A stretch of 64,000 nucleotides of DNA from Lytechinus pictus (Eukaryota), in the NCBI RefSeq assembly GCF_037042905.1, contig NC_087257.1:13764001-13828000 (forward strand). The letters run 5' to 3'. Positions 12,024 through 27,000 of the stretch are shown one piece after another. How positions within the stretch are numbered: position 1 is the first letter of the stretch; each line of letters opens with the position of its first letter. The notes under the pieces were generated by a model. It did no database searches. It saw nothing but the letters and a program-made list of their open reading frames with translations, and was not told the origin of the DNA. Position numbers and translations under genes: made by a program.

Positions 12024-15000
12024 GTAAGCATAATTTTCGAGTTTATTGAATATGTATGCCTGATAAAGCTACAATATTGAGGATTTATGATTAAGATTGA
12101 CATATCAGCTTATCTCTGGAATCTGAAATGCATGGATTTGAAATAAATCCTTATATACAAACATATATAATATATATAAATATTGAATGAGATTTTTAAG
12201 AATAACACTTTAAGATTCAAATTAAACCCAAAATTCAATCTTGATTTGGAACAAAAAATAAACTGCAGCAATCTAGAGCGTAAAAAATTAACCTCTTACG
12301 ATTGCAGATTTTTTTAGATTTTAATTGTGTGTGACTATGATTTCATGTTTACTTTGCATATTAATTTATTCAGAATCATGAACTTCAATTACTTGGTAAT
12401 GGCAATATTTGATTTACCTTTTGCCCACGAACAAAAAAAAAAGATTCCTAAAAAGGATTGATTGATAAAAAAATATTACAAAGGATCGTTTGAGGGCATC
12501 TCGCCCTTCTTTCCCATTCCTGTAGAAGTTACACTGTTAGAAAATTTCTACTTAAAAAACCCCAAAAATTCCTGCAGCAGAGTTTCGAGAATAGCTGTAA
12601 TCTTACTGCACTGTGTGATCTTACCTGCAATTGTGTAACATTATAGTAAATTTGTATTTGGTGCATGTAACCTTACAAATTTATTGTAATAAAACTGTTT
12701 CCCCATTTTTAAAAACAGACCGGTTCTTTAAAATATTAAAAAATCTTTCCTGTTATAAAAAATTACAGAATGATTTGATTATTTCTTTCTGTAAAATCGG
12801 CTTTTTAATTCTTCTTCTGTACAATCTCCTGTTTTTCTAACAGGAGATTGTGTATACCATATGCATTTTTTGGCAATTTCACAGGTCTTGTAAAGGAGAC
12901 TGAAAATTACTTAGCTATATGCAAAATCATAAACCATAATCAATAATAATCGTACGGGAACTTCTATTACACTGTTTCCCTGGTTTTCTTTCCCCTTCCT
13001 TTCGAGGCCTCCATCAATTTCAAGCTCTAAGCTTAAGATGGAGGTCTCCCACATTTCAAAATGTATTATGTCGACATAGTATATATATTTTATCTGCCAT
13101 GTGTTTCAGTAATTGAAAAAGAAATAAATTTATCAGGTATGATTATATTTCAATTAGAATGTTAGAATGTATGTATGCATACATTATTCATTATGTCATT
13201 TGCTTACTTATATGTTATGCTAAAAAAAATGATAACACTTGTATATACATTTGTAATTGGGATATGGAAATAAATAAATCAAATCAATCAAACTAACAAT
13301 CATAAAACACAGATGACATATCATAAAAAGTTGATCTGTACGAAATGGACTTGATTAATAATCAAACAGTCAATTGCGATTAGCCTACCATTTGTGATAA
13401 AAGAAAAAAATATGTGCCCCAAAATGTAAATAATGGAAATACACAAATGCGAATGGAAAATTTAAAGTACGCGACAAAAAGAATGCCTCTTAAACTTACA
13501 CCACGATGTTGTATTGTGTTACATGTATATTGTTGTATTCAGTAATTTGATAAAAAATTAAATAGTAGAAATTCTTCCAACAAGCGTATTTTAGTTTTGA
13601 TAACCCCGCCAGAGAGCTGACCTATAGTACTGAATTTGAAGAGAAAATGTAGATTTATTCAGCTTTAAAACTAGACACGTGGTTTGATGTGTTTATTCAT
13701 CGCGTTAAAAGCAGGTGCAGAGTCGGGTGCGTGAAAACGACATCTTCCGCGCTCAGAGTAGATTGATGAACAGTAATTCATTCTTAATTTGTTTTTATCC
13801 TCTCGATATAATTGACGTATTTGTGTGTCTCGGGATGTTGCCTGGGGGTAAACAAGTCTGAAACAATAAAGCCGATCTCCTTAACATGAACGGTAGAATT
13901 GCAAATAAAAGGAGACGAGCCAGAATGATATTACGGGGATAACTCGGAGCGGAAATAAGACTTGATAAGATAGATGGAGAGAGATAAATGAATAGAAAGA
14001 GAGGGAGAGGGGTTGGGGGGGGGGGGAGAGGGGTGAGAGAAGTAGGGGGTGGGGGAGGCGATACTGTTCAACTTGAATTATTAGAAACCCAAACGTGAAT
14101 CCGAGATTCGAAACACGAAAAATTTACCATGATTTCACAGACACACAGACACGCTCACCCTCAAAAACACACTCACACCCATCACACACATGGACACCCT
14201 CACGCACACACACTCTTGCCAACCATTACACGCAATAAAGAGAATATGTGTTCATGAGCGTTGGGGTTTGTGCGTATGTGTGAGAGACATCAAACATGGT
14301 TAAAAAGCGATAGAAAGAGAGAGAGAGAGAGAGAACAGAAGGGGGGGGGGGAGAAAGAGCAGGAGAGAATTTATGTGAGAAAAAGTGAAATGGAAATAGT
14401 CAGATATGAAAAAGGCATTTCTGAGATAAAGACGATATGGATCTCGGTAATACTAATGATAAAATTACCATTATGACTGGAATCAATTAGACACTCCACA
14501 GAATAAAGAGAAAAGAGAATTGGGAATAGAATAGGCTGCATCGGAACTAAGAATTACCCGATTTTCATCTTTTGCTCCATTCATCGATTTCCAATTTTAT
14601 TTTACAAAGGTCTATGTGACAAAAATCGTAACGGGGACGAAGCTTTTAAATGATACACCAGACCATTTTTATCACGTGATCAGCAATCTTCATTAAAATA
14701 CCTGGCTCCCGTTGCATGAAAGTTACTATTGTATGGTAACTACCATGGTAACGATGCTCAACAGTCAATCAAATTCGAGGATTCCATGATAGTTACAATT
14801 TGATGGCAAAGTTACCATAATGGTTACTTTCATGCAAAGGGCACTGATCGTAAATTACGATTTAAGAATAGCTAATATCATAAACAGATTGATAGTACAT
14901 TGTATGATGAAATTCCAATGTGGTATAATTTTTACAGTGAAATAAAATAGAAGCGAATATGATAATTTTCATATTGAAATTCCCCCCACGAATCCAGCCG

Positions 15001-16693
15001 ATGTTCATCCTATTTTTTCTAGATGTATCCCCCAAACTGCCTATGGTGAATTGATAGTAGATCTCAATCTTTTTTAATACGTAAATTCAGTGAATATAAA
15101 AGTAGAACTAGCAGAAATACCTCCTCCGCTCTTTGAATATTCGATATTTTTTGGAAAGATCTGCAATGTTTTTTTTCTTCAATGACCTTGTTTAAAATAC
15201 ACAACCAACCAAATCTGACGATAACATAAAATAAAATACATGCAGATATTTTGTTTGTTGTTTTGGCGCAAAAAAGAAGGAAATGAGATAAAGAATCTAT
15301 GTTAAATAGCTGTCCCACAACCATGGCAACAGAAGCAAGCATAATACCTAAGATTAATTGACTGTCGCATTTTGAGTGGTTATTGAGAGGATCTTCTGAC
15401 ATTAAACTCGGACAAGCGACGTGTTTCGACGTAATATTATCACAATTTATGTTGAATGTTATGAATACTGTCAATCTCTTGTGGTTTTGATATATGGTGA
15501 GGCGAATAGGGATGAGCGAAATTCAAACCGATGAAGATATTATAAACATGCCTTTTGGTTAAAGAGCAATACAAGGCTTATATAAATATGCTTATTTAAA
15601 ATTTAATACAAAACTAATACAAAATTCTTTATAAATCACGAGTAATTAAAGAATATATGCATCTTTTCTTTTGAAAAAGCTAATGGATATCCTGTTAGCA
15701 GAACAATGGAATGATATCAAAACTGCCTCGCTTCTTAGATTTGTTTAAAATAAATTAAAAAATGTTATATAAAGATGATTTGTAAATCAAGATTAATGTA
15801 AAACTATATAAATTGCTTCTGAACAAGCTTATAGAAATCCTGAAAGTATAACAATGATATCTAAACACCCTCGCCTCTATGAAAGAAACATATACAAATT
15901 TTACCGCAAAATTTATTACTTTATTCTTCTCTGAATAGCTCACATGAAATATTGAAATAATAAATTGAATTTTATATAATCGCAAACTTAAAGTGTCTAG
16001 GCCCATATGTGCATTTTAGCATTTTGATTGCGCTTTACCTGAATTTATGTCATTCTTTTTTATTTTTCTATTTTATCTTCGAACGAGAGCGATATTGATG
16101 GAAACTGCACCATATGTTGCGATGAACAGCAGTGATAAATGTGCATTTGTTATCTCAACCAGACTGCTTCATGATGTGATTTATCACATTTTTTCAATAA
16201 CAAATGTTACAAACTACTTAAATCCTTGCATCCAATTGGCTGAGATAGCATTTCTACCTCATAAGATGCTTCGTATATACATGATAAATGACTCCTCTGT
16301 CTCCCAATTCTGCCATGTAATATTCAGCAGATTTAGAGGAGTATTTTGTAAGATATAATTTTAAAGCCCATTGTGACTTTTACCTCGTGTCATGTATTCA
16401 GCGAATAACAATAAGGTTGGTGATGATAATGATGACGATATAATAATAATAATAAAAATGATGATAATAATAGACCCTAATAATGATAATGATAATAATA
16501 ATTTAAACACGATGAATAGAAAATGTAAAAACATGAAATGTAATTACAGGTCATCCCTTTTCATAATTCAGATGTAGAACGTATATAAACTGAACAAATA
16601 GGATTGTCATTTTTAATCAGGGCCATCCGAAATAGCTCATATTTAGATATGAATTCTAAAAATATAGCTACTACTCTCAGACAAAAGGCATAC

Positions 16694-16736
<43 letters not shown>

Positions 16737-17808
16737 TATATATATACATTTCATTTAGGCTTATAAAACCATTAAAATACATGTAGCACAATGATAATTG
16801 CAAGTTGCCTTTGAAACCTTTCTCATGTCACGCATCTCTAAAAGTGCTCGAATTGTGGTCGGGCATTCGATGTCCGTAGTATTATCATATGAATAATGTG
16901 ATCATGTGTACCTTATAAACACTATCCTTTTAGTTCGATTGTGTGGTTTTTCATGTGCATGATTTTCATCACCTATACTGATTCGTTTCCTTTGGCTATT
17001 AAGTAAACAATTAAAAAGTGCATCTAAGGAAATCAAAATGGGCAAGATGGGGAAATAAAATACTTAAAGGAAGTAAACATGATGAATATTTATTTGAAAT
17101 GGTACTTCTCTCATTCTTAATTCCCTCCCGTCCATTAAAAGCATATATATATATATAATATCAGTAACAGTAATCAGTATGTTGATTCCTTCGAATTATT
17201 TTACCAGACTCTAGTAAATAATTTGACAAGATTATCGTATCGTATCACACGTGTTAAATGATTAGACTGAATAGATAAAGTACCCAAGAAGAAAAAAACA
17301 TGTTGATGAATGAAAAATGTTTTGGGTATTCTTAAGCATTACACCTGCGACGGCCCTTTCAAAGGTAACGAGTTCGGGTAAATATTATAATGCAAAATGA
17401 TGTTTATTATATTTTTTATAGGATAGCGATGTGAATCATTATTGGTTGATAAACCATCCTAATATCATAAACATGACCGGCTAATAGAACTAGTCATTAG
17501 TACCACTTATTAGCCAATTTTAATGTGAGATGAAATAAATAACTGATCACGTGTTAGATTTCAACCAATCATGTGATTAGGATCCGTGTCATAGTTTCAT
17601 GAAAATAATATTTTATAAAGATAATTAGTTCACATCTACTGTGGATGAATGGCGGATTAAACTATGGGTCAATACGGATTAATATGAGAAAATAAAATGA
17701 GCGAAGTTCGATGATCATTGCTATGATAATAACTTTGAAGATGATAACACGAAGGTGCTTCCAATTCCCAAGCTCTTGGAAGAGTAGAAAATATACTAAG
17801 ACACAAAT

Positions 17809-17865
<57 letters not shown>

Positions 17866-17989
17866 CCAAAGGGTAGATAGCTCTGGGGAACCTTGATTTA
17901 AGCTACGCCTACCATTGTTCTCTTCATCCATTTCTTTACAATATTTACAAATAAAAAGAGTTGCCAAAGCTGTTGTACATGTATAACTT

Positions 17990-18038
<49 letters not shown>

Positions 18039-21000
18039 CTTTGAATAGTTACAGATCATTATTTCTTTAACAGCAAAGGCAACCAAAAACAAATGTCTCT
18101 ACAAAGTCTCCTTGGTTGGATAGAATTATAATTGATCTTATCGTTGTTTCTTTCACTGAGTTTTCATATTACACAACTATACTTCTACAAATGTATACAT
18201 CAAGTTATTGCTATCATGATCATATTATGTCATAGTAATGTTTACAATATAACAATTATCACTCACCGAAACCTAGAATTTTCAAAGAAAGGTGGCGTCT
18301 TTATGTTTCCCTATATACTCAGACAACCATCAATTACATGGCTTGAGCAGCTTATCTGCAGTACGCCTAGACAAGTTCATAGGTGTGCCTCTCTTACCAC
18401 CGTCACCCTCGTTCAGCAACTACTGTACACGCATAGGTCTATACAAAAAGGGGTACAAAATGCCAAGGTTTTTTAACAATTGTTAATACCTTAATGTCAT
18501 ACCAGTTCCTTTTCATTGTTAGGCATGAAGCATTACACACAATACAGTTAGCACTCAACTGAACACTAAGTATCTGGACAGATTACTCAACCGTCAATGG
18601 CACATTCTCTCTGTCTCTGTCTCTGTCTACCCCCCCCATGACTCTGTCTCTCTTTACCTTTGGTGTTACAAAACTGCACGCCTCACTATTTGTTTTGGTG
18701 AAATAAAATACATCCATTTGATAAACTACTTTTCTTGCATTTATTTTCAACATGAGAATATCTATATCAGAGGAAAAGAACAACAGCAACCAAAAATAGT
18801 TCGGAGCAAAATATTGACAAATTAATGATTGACGTTTCCAACAAGCTAAAGATCGAGAATAACGATTCTAATCAATTATTGAAGGACGCTCATTTTCTAC
18901 CAAGCTAACAATGCCGTAGAGACTCATTCATGCAGCAAATACATTTAGAAAGTAGAGCTAGATGTCTTTCCTTAATAGTCCGATCATTACAATATTGGGG
19001 GCTTCCAGAATAGTTTGACAGGAATTAGATGTATATGTGTTTATTTGTAGGGTGGAGGTCATTTTGTTCATATTTTTTGGAGGATATTGGTGTATCTACT
19101 AGGAAAACATTTTTTTTTAATTAGCAGAAGATAATTCTATATTCTATATAAATCGAATAATGAATTTCAATTTATCGATAACAATAATTTAGCTGCTACT
19201 ACCATGACAACTGCTGAAACTGAGCCTGATACAACGATATGCAACAGCTTAAATAGGCAGAACGGTTTAAAGCAAGACGACCGGAAGATGACGTCGTACT
19301 TTTTTTATCAACGGAATTAAAGGGTGTGGCTAAGTTACGCGACCAATACAGTTCTCTTTTCTCTTTCATTATATTCTTCTTCCCCTATCTCCCTTTTTTC
19401 ATCTTCTTTTCACTACTTGAAAATCATGGGGGAGGCCGCGATACCCATTGTCAAATTTTTCCCTGATCAAAATCATCTTAATTTTGTAGCTGACCCCTCT
19501 CCATTTGTTTTGCTAGTCAAAGTTAAACCGGCACCCCTCCTAATAAATCGTTCCCAGGGGCCCTGGCGTCAGGCGTCGCCCCTGCCTAAATTGAGTTCCT
19601 AATACTCCACAGGATGTATCTATAGATACATCTATCACTATGTTTTAGGATTAGAAAGCCAGGTCAAGGTCGATTCCATGCAGAAATTTTAGTAGTGTGT
19701 AAGATCATTTATGCTTATTAAGACATGGATATTAATATTACCTCACCTTAGCGTATGCATGTGCAAAACTCCATGAGTAATATTGCATAGATTAAGGGAA
19801 GGGGGGAAAAGGAGAGAATGACGGGGAGGGATGGAGGGGAAGAAACAAAGGAAGAGGGCAGGAGGAAGGAGAGAGAGTGGGGGACAGAGAGGAGGGGAAA
19901 CGAGAGATAGAGGATGGAGAGATAGGGGAGGAAAGGGGGAAACAGAAAAAAAAAGATTTAAAAAAAAGAAAGAAAGAGAGAGAGAGAGGAGAGAGAGGGG
20001 GGGGGGGGTAAGAACGTAGAGGGAACAAAAAAATAACTGGCCATACTATCACACAGACAGGAATTCCAGGAACTATAACAAGGTATTTCCAGCGACTGTG
20101 ATGAAGAAACCACACATTCTCACAAGCGACGTCTAATTTTACCTAGTCACCTTTTAAGTTTCAGTGGTGCCTTGTGGACATGGGTGTCGATCGGTATTCT
20201 TGGTTGGGGGGGATGATTGACACAAATGTTCTTGTGGATGGGGATCTTTCAACATTACCCCCACTAAAATCACAAGTTAGGACATTCGGGAGTGGTTGAT
20301 ATGCATGGTGTTCTTGCAGTGGCGTACCGTGAGTCACGGCATGGGGGGGGGGGGTACCAGCAAATTTTTTTAGTCACTTAGTGAGCGCGCGAAGTTGCCA
20401 GGTATACTGACCTAATAGGGACATTTTAAGGACAGTGCCATTAAACGGATATGTATCTCACTGCTCAAATAATGCGAGCGCGAAGCGCGAGCTGAAAATT
20501 TTTGATATGCAGACCAAAAAAGGACATTATAAACAAATTTTTGTAATCATGATACATACCTGTCTCGCTAAACGAACAATGCGAGTGCGAAGCGCGAGCT
20601 GAAATTTTTGTAAATATTTACCCCAAACAAGGACATGTTAAGGACTATATTTTAGGAATCCATTAAGAGTATACATATCTCACCATAGTCATCTAATGCG
20701 AGTGCAAAGCGCTTGCGGATTTTGCTACATCTAAACACATGAAGCACTTTTTGTAGTCATTGTAATCATGATAATACGCATCTCACTCATCAAATATTGC
20801 GAGCGCGAAGCGCGAGCTGAAAATTTAGGATATTCAGACCTGAAGAGAGGCATTCTAAGGCCTGTTGTAAGAATTCACTAAGACCATACGATACGTATTT
20901 CACTAAACAAATGATGCGATCGAAATTTTTTGATATTCAGATCAGAAAAAGGGACATTTTAAGGACTGATTTTTAGGAATTCATGAAGAGCAGTCATATC

Positions 21001-24000
21001 TCACCAATCTACTAGTGCGAACGTAAGCACGGACAGGAAATGTTTTATATTAACACCTTAAAATGGGGCAATCACTTAAAGTAGTCATGAAAAAGAACCA
21101 TATGTTACTACATAAAACAATAATAAGTCGAAGTGCGAGGAAATATATTTGGTGTATATTGACTTAAAAACGTTAAACAGACAATGCGAGTACCGGGAAC
21201 AATGAAGAAATCTAGGCCTGAGCAAAATAAAGTTATGAAAAAAATGTTTCTTATGTATTATATCATAACATTATTATAATATAACATTATAATGAACAAT
21301 AATTTCTTCATTCCCACTACGTTTCTCTTCCTTTCTCCTCTTCCAAGTTTTTTTTTTGGCCAGCCGATTGGGGGGGAACCTCCACCCTTCTGTTTAAAAG
21401 TCCTGGAAAAGAATGTTTTTATTTAATAACAATTATACACAAATTGCGAGGGAAACAAACTGATTGATGGCATACTATAATCATCACTATAATCATCATG
21501 ATCAAACCTTCACATTTTTTCATCATCATTATTATAAATTTTCTACCCTAAATTATTGGGGGGGGGATGATAATACAGGCCATCCCCCCACTTGAAATAT
21601 TGGGGGGGATATATCCCCCCCATCCCCCCCGTGATCGACACCCATGCTTGTGGACATCATTTGAGAATGCTATTATTGGCATAAAGCTCCATTATCCTTC
21701 CATAGGGAGTATTTAACACAAACCCTTTGGGATATACTATGATCGACGCGAACATTTGACTCTTAATCATCATCAAATTTGACATCATGATAATAATTTA
21801 TGTACACGAAGGCGCATGGCTAAATAGGCATTGCCCCTTTCCGGCAAAATACGTTTTGCAGGTCATTAATATAAAAGCGGATCATTAGGCATAAAATTTA
21901 ATATCGTAAAAGTTCTCACCATACAACATCAAAATAGGGGAATAGGAGAAGTAATTATGATTGTTTCATGGCACTTTGTTTCTATAGTGTGTCAGGTTAA
22001 ATACGCCGACTAAAAAACTGATCAAAGATGATTTTCAATATCATACAATCGGTAGTTATGGAGTCGCTTTGGATTTGGAGGGTGTAACTGTGACATTATG
22101 TTTCCATATAGGCCTATATGACATGCCATCCACTTAAATTAGGCTGCGTTTATGCGACCTCAAGCCAGAATCATGATTTGATTCATGATTTGAATCATGA
22201 TTCAAAACACAAACATGAATCACGATTTCACAGAATCAGCGTTTAGACGACCGTCATTCCAATGCTGTTTCTACTCAGATTCGGGCCAATCCAGTGCGCA
22301 TCACTAGTGCGCAGTTTGACAGAGGAAGTTTTTCGCACGTGTTTCGGCTCTCGAAAAATCTTTTGCTTCCAGAATTCAACCTAATTTTGTTTACTTCTAT
22401 CATATAAGGTCCATATGCTTCTATTCATCTTGTTAGTTAATCCAAAATGGTGTTCGGAAGTGAATTTCAGCGTAGATCCAATTTAATATTGACACTCTAT
22501 ACTCATCATTGTCTCCAGTTAATTCATTTACTAGAACTTGAAGTTGAAGACATGACCAAAAAATGAAAAGTAGTGGACGATGCGAAGACCAACACAGAAC
22601 TTGAACATGACAAGAAATGCATGCAGAGTAATCATGTACATACAATGAGCATAAGCTTGGCAAGAGTCAAACCGAAAGCCGTAGCCCGACGACACAGTGA
22701 GGTCATATAATCATGATTCAAATCACGATATCGTTTATTCGAACATTTTCGTACGTGATTCTGCAGAAACGTCTTTCCAAACGCCCCTTTTTTCGTGTTT
22801 CATGTTTGTGATTCTAATCATGATTATATTCAATTTCGACTAAACGCAATCGTGATTCTGCAGAATCATGATTTGAATCATGATTCAGATCATGATTCTA
22901 GGGTGAAAAAGTGGCGGATAAACGCACCCTTAGGCGCATAAAGGCGACCGCACATGCACCTTGCGATTGGTCTGCGACTCAATTTTGGAATAAAACGTAG
23001 TAGAATTTAATGCTAATATTGAGACTTGGAATATCTTACTGTGTAATGTTCGAAATCATCGTACGAATACCTATGTTGAAATCTGTGACTATGCTATCAT
23101 CCTTCTTGAAATAGAGTAAAGCAAATTTATTATCTAGTCGTAATGACGTCATAGCAGTCGTACGATTTGCTACGATTTGAAACTAATTTGGCCTTTACTC
23201 CAAAATAAAGGCTTACAATCCTACAAAATGGCTACATAAGTATTCTATCAATTAACTTTAACATAAAAAAAAATAACGTGTTCCATTCACATTTTCAGAA
23301 AATGAGCAAAATGCGATTTGTTCTAAAATCGGATCGCGGACAGTGGTAAGGTGTGTGATGGCCTTTCACTTTCCTTAATGGTTTGATGTAGCACAGACTC
23401 ACATCGTTCAAATATTACGCATGAATGACTTTGGGTGCCTGTAATCAAATTTCGTTCCATTTCATTCATTTAGTTTATTTCCATTTCCAACGATTACAAC
23501 ATCATGTTGTTTTCGTACATCTTGATATAATAAGCAATAAAACATATATAAAATTTCTATGTAAAGTATTATGATCAAGACTTTCATACAGATATGTTGG
23601 GAATGGAGAAGGCTGCTAATAAGAAAGAGTGCAGCCTCCGATTAAAATATTCTGAAAGATATCTTAGACTAAAAGAACAAAGTACAACAACAACTACAAA
23701 ATAAAACCAGCAAAAATTAATATACAAAAAAGAAAGAGTAAATAAGAAAGAGTGAGAAAGACATTAAAAGACTTCAGATTCATGCCCCTGCACTCACAAT
23801 TAAATTTATTTGGCAAGAATCACAGAAAGAAACGTTAACATAAAACTTGATTATTTAGGGGAGCGGGGATCAATTGCAGCTTTTTCCTCTTTTAAAGACC
23901 ACCCACCACATATCGTAGATCAGTGGGTTTGACCTAGGAATAAAAGGAAAACCATGTTATAATTCTACATATCCAAACTAAAAGAAGGCACGTTGTATCT

Positions 24001-27000
24001 ATGCCTGATTGAGGTCATCGTTGCGTTTAATAGAAATCTTCTGATTAAGTTATAACGGAACGCCTTTTAAACGCATCTCTTTAGCCAGCGTTTTATCTGT
24101 GCGACGTGAAAATCCGTGTTTACGACTGTCAAAAAGTTGATCAAACCAGCTTCTGAAATAAACGTGTTAGAAAACGGAAATTCATCGTTAAAAAGTATCG
24201 ATTAAACCTTTCACAACAACCCTCTCAATATTGAGATGACCACCACGATTTATAGAAAAAAGTCCTTGACCTGAGAAGAAAAGGGTTGTCACCTTCTATC
24301 TTCTATTTTGTTCGATAGACATGGCAAAGCACAGCAAAGGATTCAATCTTAATGAGCGACTGGTGTCAGGGGAACATCAGATTTAATCGATATATTGCTT
24401 AATAATATTTTTGGGTCATTTTTTGTCAATGATATAGCACACACATAGCTTGCAAAATAGGACATTGGAGTTGATCAGTAGCGGCGAACAATCTTCGAGT
24501 CTTTGGAAATGCACTAATGAACATCTTAATGCCTTCTCTTGCTAGCCCTCAAGAAATAGAGCTCAGTAGCTTCATTCCTTGACATGGTGAATTAAACGTA
24601 AACTCTAGCTGTGGTAACCCAGGGCGCAATGGTATTTTATTTGTGGGGGGGGGGGGCATTATGCCGTAAATTCAATTCAAGGTTTATTAGAAACATGAGC
24701 CACTACTTAGGACATGAAAATAGATATACATAAGATGATGAGGAATTGGTAATATAAGAACAAAAACAAACAAGCAAGTTGTAAAAGATCATTGAAAATA
24801 TATGGATATTAAATAAAAGTGTTGCTTTCCTCATCGATTAAAAAGAATAATATTGCAAATATGGTATTGCTTTCAGAGGAGTAATTGGTTCAGTATTGAC
24901 TGGGCATGTCTTTATGCAGGAGATGTACAAAACATGTTATGGGGCTATTGCGGAATCGATTTATTTTACATTTGTATTGCTAATATCTAGGAGTATGTCG
25001 GAGATTGATGGTTAAGGATTTTTTGGAGGAAGTAACAGGGCACTAAATTTGGGATGTTTGGCTATAAAGGGTATTAGGGTCCAGTTTAGATTTCACGCCA
25101 CTCGTCGACGTATTGACTCTGTGAGAATTAATGAAAAATGAATAAATAAATATATATATATATATCCTAAACTGATTATGTTTTAGATCAACAGTAAAGT
25201 GCAGTAATCAAAGACCCTTTTAAGCCTCATATCTGTTGGAAAAGGTTGTTTACCGGGAGAATATAATGTATATTTAGTTGTTTATATTTTAGACGTTAAA
25301 TAAAACGGATGAAACATTTGATTAGAAAAAGCGATAATTGTAACGTCCCTTGTCATCAAATTATATCGTTGGGCATGTAGATTACCTTGATTATGATCAG
25401 ATTTGTATATCAGATCACTAATCAAGTTACATGAAATAATAATAATAATAATCAAATTATCAATTATGAATAATATGTGAACAAAATCGCCGCAATATAT
25501 TTTATTCAATAATTTCATCATTTCGTCTTTAGTTTGGACGAATTCTGGATAGTTTTCATCAATATTTTATCTTCTGACATGTCAGATCCAACAACCTGCC
25601 TTGATTTTGATTGAATGAGAAAGACCTGCGTCTGAGTGTTACAAAGGTACTTGTCGGATAAACTAGACTCTGTCTGACAAGTCCTTTCCATCATATCAGT
25701 TGAATGCTCGCCGACTTCCGTAATTATTTGGTCAACATAGATTTAAAAAAAGATCGACATTGGAAAATATAGTATTATCTTTTCGGATGGATGAGAACAA
25801 GCACGTCGTTGATATTTCAAAACGTGAAAAAAAAAAAAGAATAATTAAAAAACAACAAAAGGAAGAAATGAGAATAAAGAGCATTAAAACATTTGTTAGC
25901 CGTGTAACCCAACATTTAACCTGTAATTCCTTTTGCAAAGAGGTCGTTTTGCCCCCTATCTAATGGAATCCCACAATGAAAATACATCTGAAATTCGTAT
26001 CGCATTCCATTTGATAATTCTTGTGTGAACGTCTCTTACGGTTTTACATTTCACCAACCATTGGCAAAGGGTGGCAAAGTAATGTATTAGGCATGTTTGG
26101 AAGGAAAGGAAAGAAAATAAACTCCATCGAAGCCCAAAGGCATCACTCAAAGACCACTCATTTTCATATAGCCACTCAATTAAGCTTCTATTCCTGGTTG
26201 TGAGATTTCACATTATCATAATTGATGAAGGTGGTAGTAACTTGAAACCTGTTTTCTACATATGTTCCTAGTCCGGGTTTTATTCATGAATCAAATGTAA
26301 TTGAATTGGTACATCCGTCGAAAGAATTAACCCTCTCGTGACTGTTTTGAATTTCCTAAAAAAGGGAACCTTTAAACACCTACTTTGAAAATTTAGAGAT
26401 TTGATATCAAAAAGCTATACTTAACCCAAACAACAACAACACAATAAGAAGACAAAAATACATGCATAATTTCTTTTAATCATTCACCAGATCAAATTAA
26501 TAACATTGAATGTTTCAATGATTTTTTTTCAAAATATATAAATAAAATGTGTTTAAAATGTATATTACATAAAATATATAGCAAAACCCATACTCATGAA
26601 AAGATAATTAAAATCATGATAGATATTTATTAGAATACACGTTCCTGGAAAATCGCAAAATACATAATAAAACACGTTTTTTTTCATACCGTCCAAACAA
26701 TTTAGCTTTAGAATGTTTAGGACGTGGGTGTTTACATAATGTATCAAATGGAATACTGATCATCAGGAAGATTATGACAGTCAATACAGGTTCTATTTAA
26801 TTGTGCTTGCGATTTATAGAAAATCCTAGAATGAGGTTTCAAAAGGTGACCCACAATATTGCTTCTCCATTTTCATCGAATCTTGACAATAAATTAAATT
26901 CCTGTCATCTGCCTTCGATAGATGTCTCCCTGTTCTTAATTGGCGTGATCTATCTGATGCGATACGGCGTCTTCGCCAGAAATCCTAGTTCACAAGGCAA

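Noticed and set aside
15064-16360. Possible decayed retroelement coding sequence in UT intron 1
   Set aside because: Composition is suggestive, but no recognisable motif could be read in any frame; needs a translated search.
20383-21140. CRISPR-like array of hairpin repeats with spacers
   Set aside because: Eukaryotic context, spacers are homologous to one another, no cas genes, and the array lies inside a TIR/TSD-bounded element.
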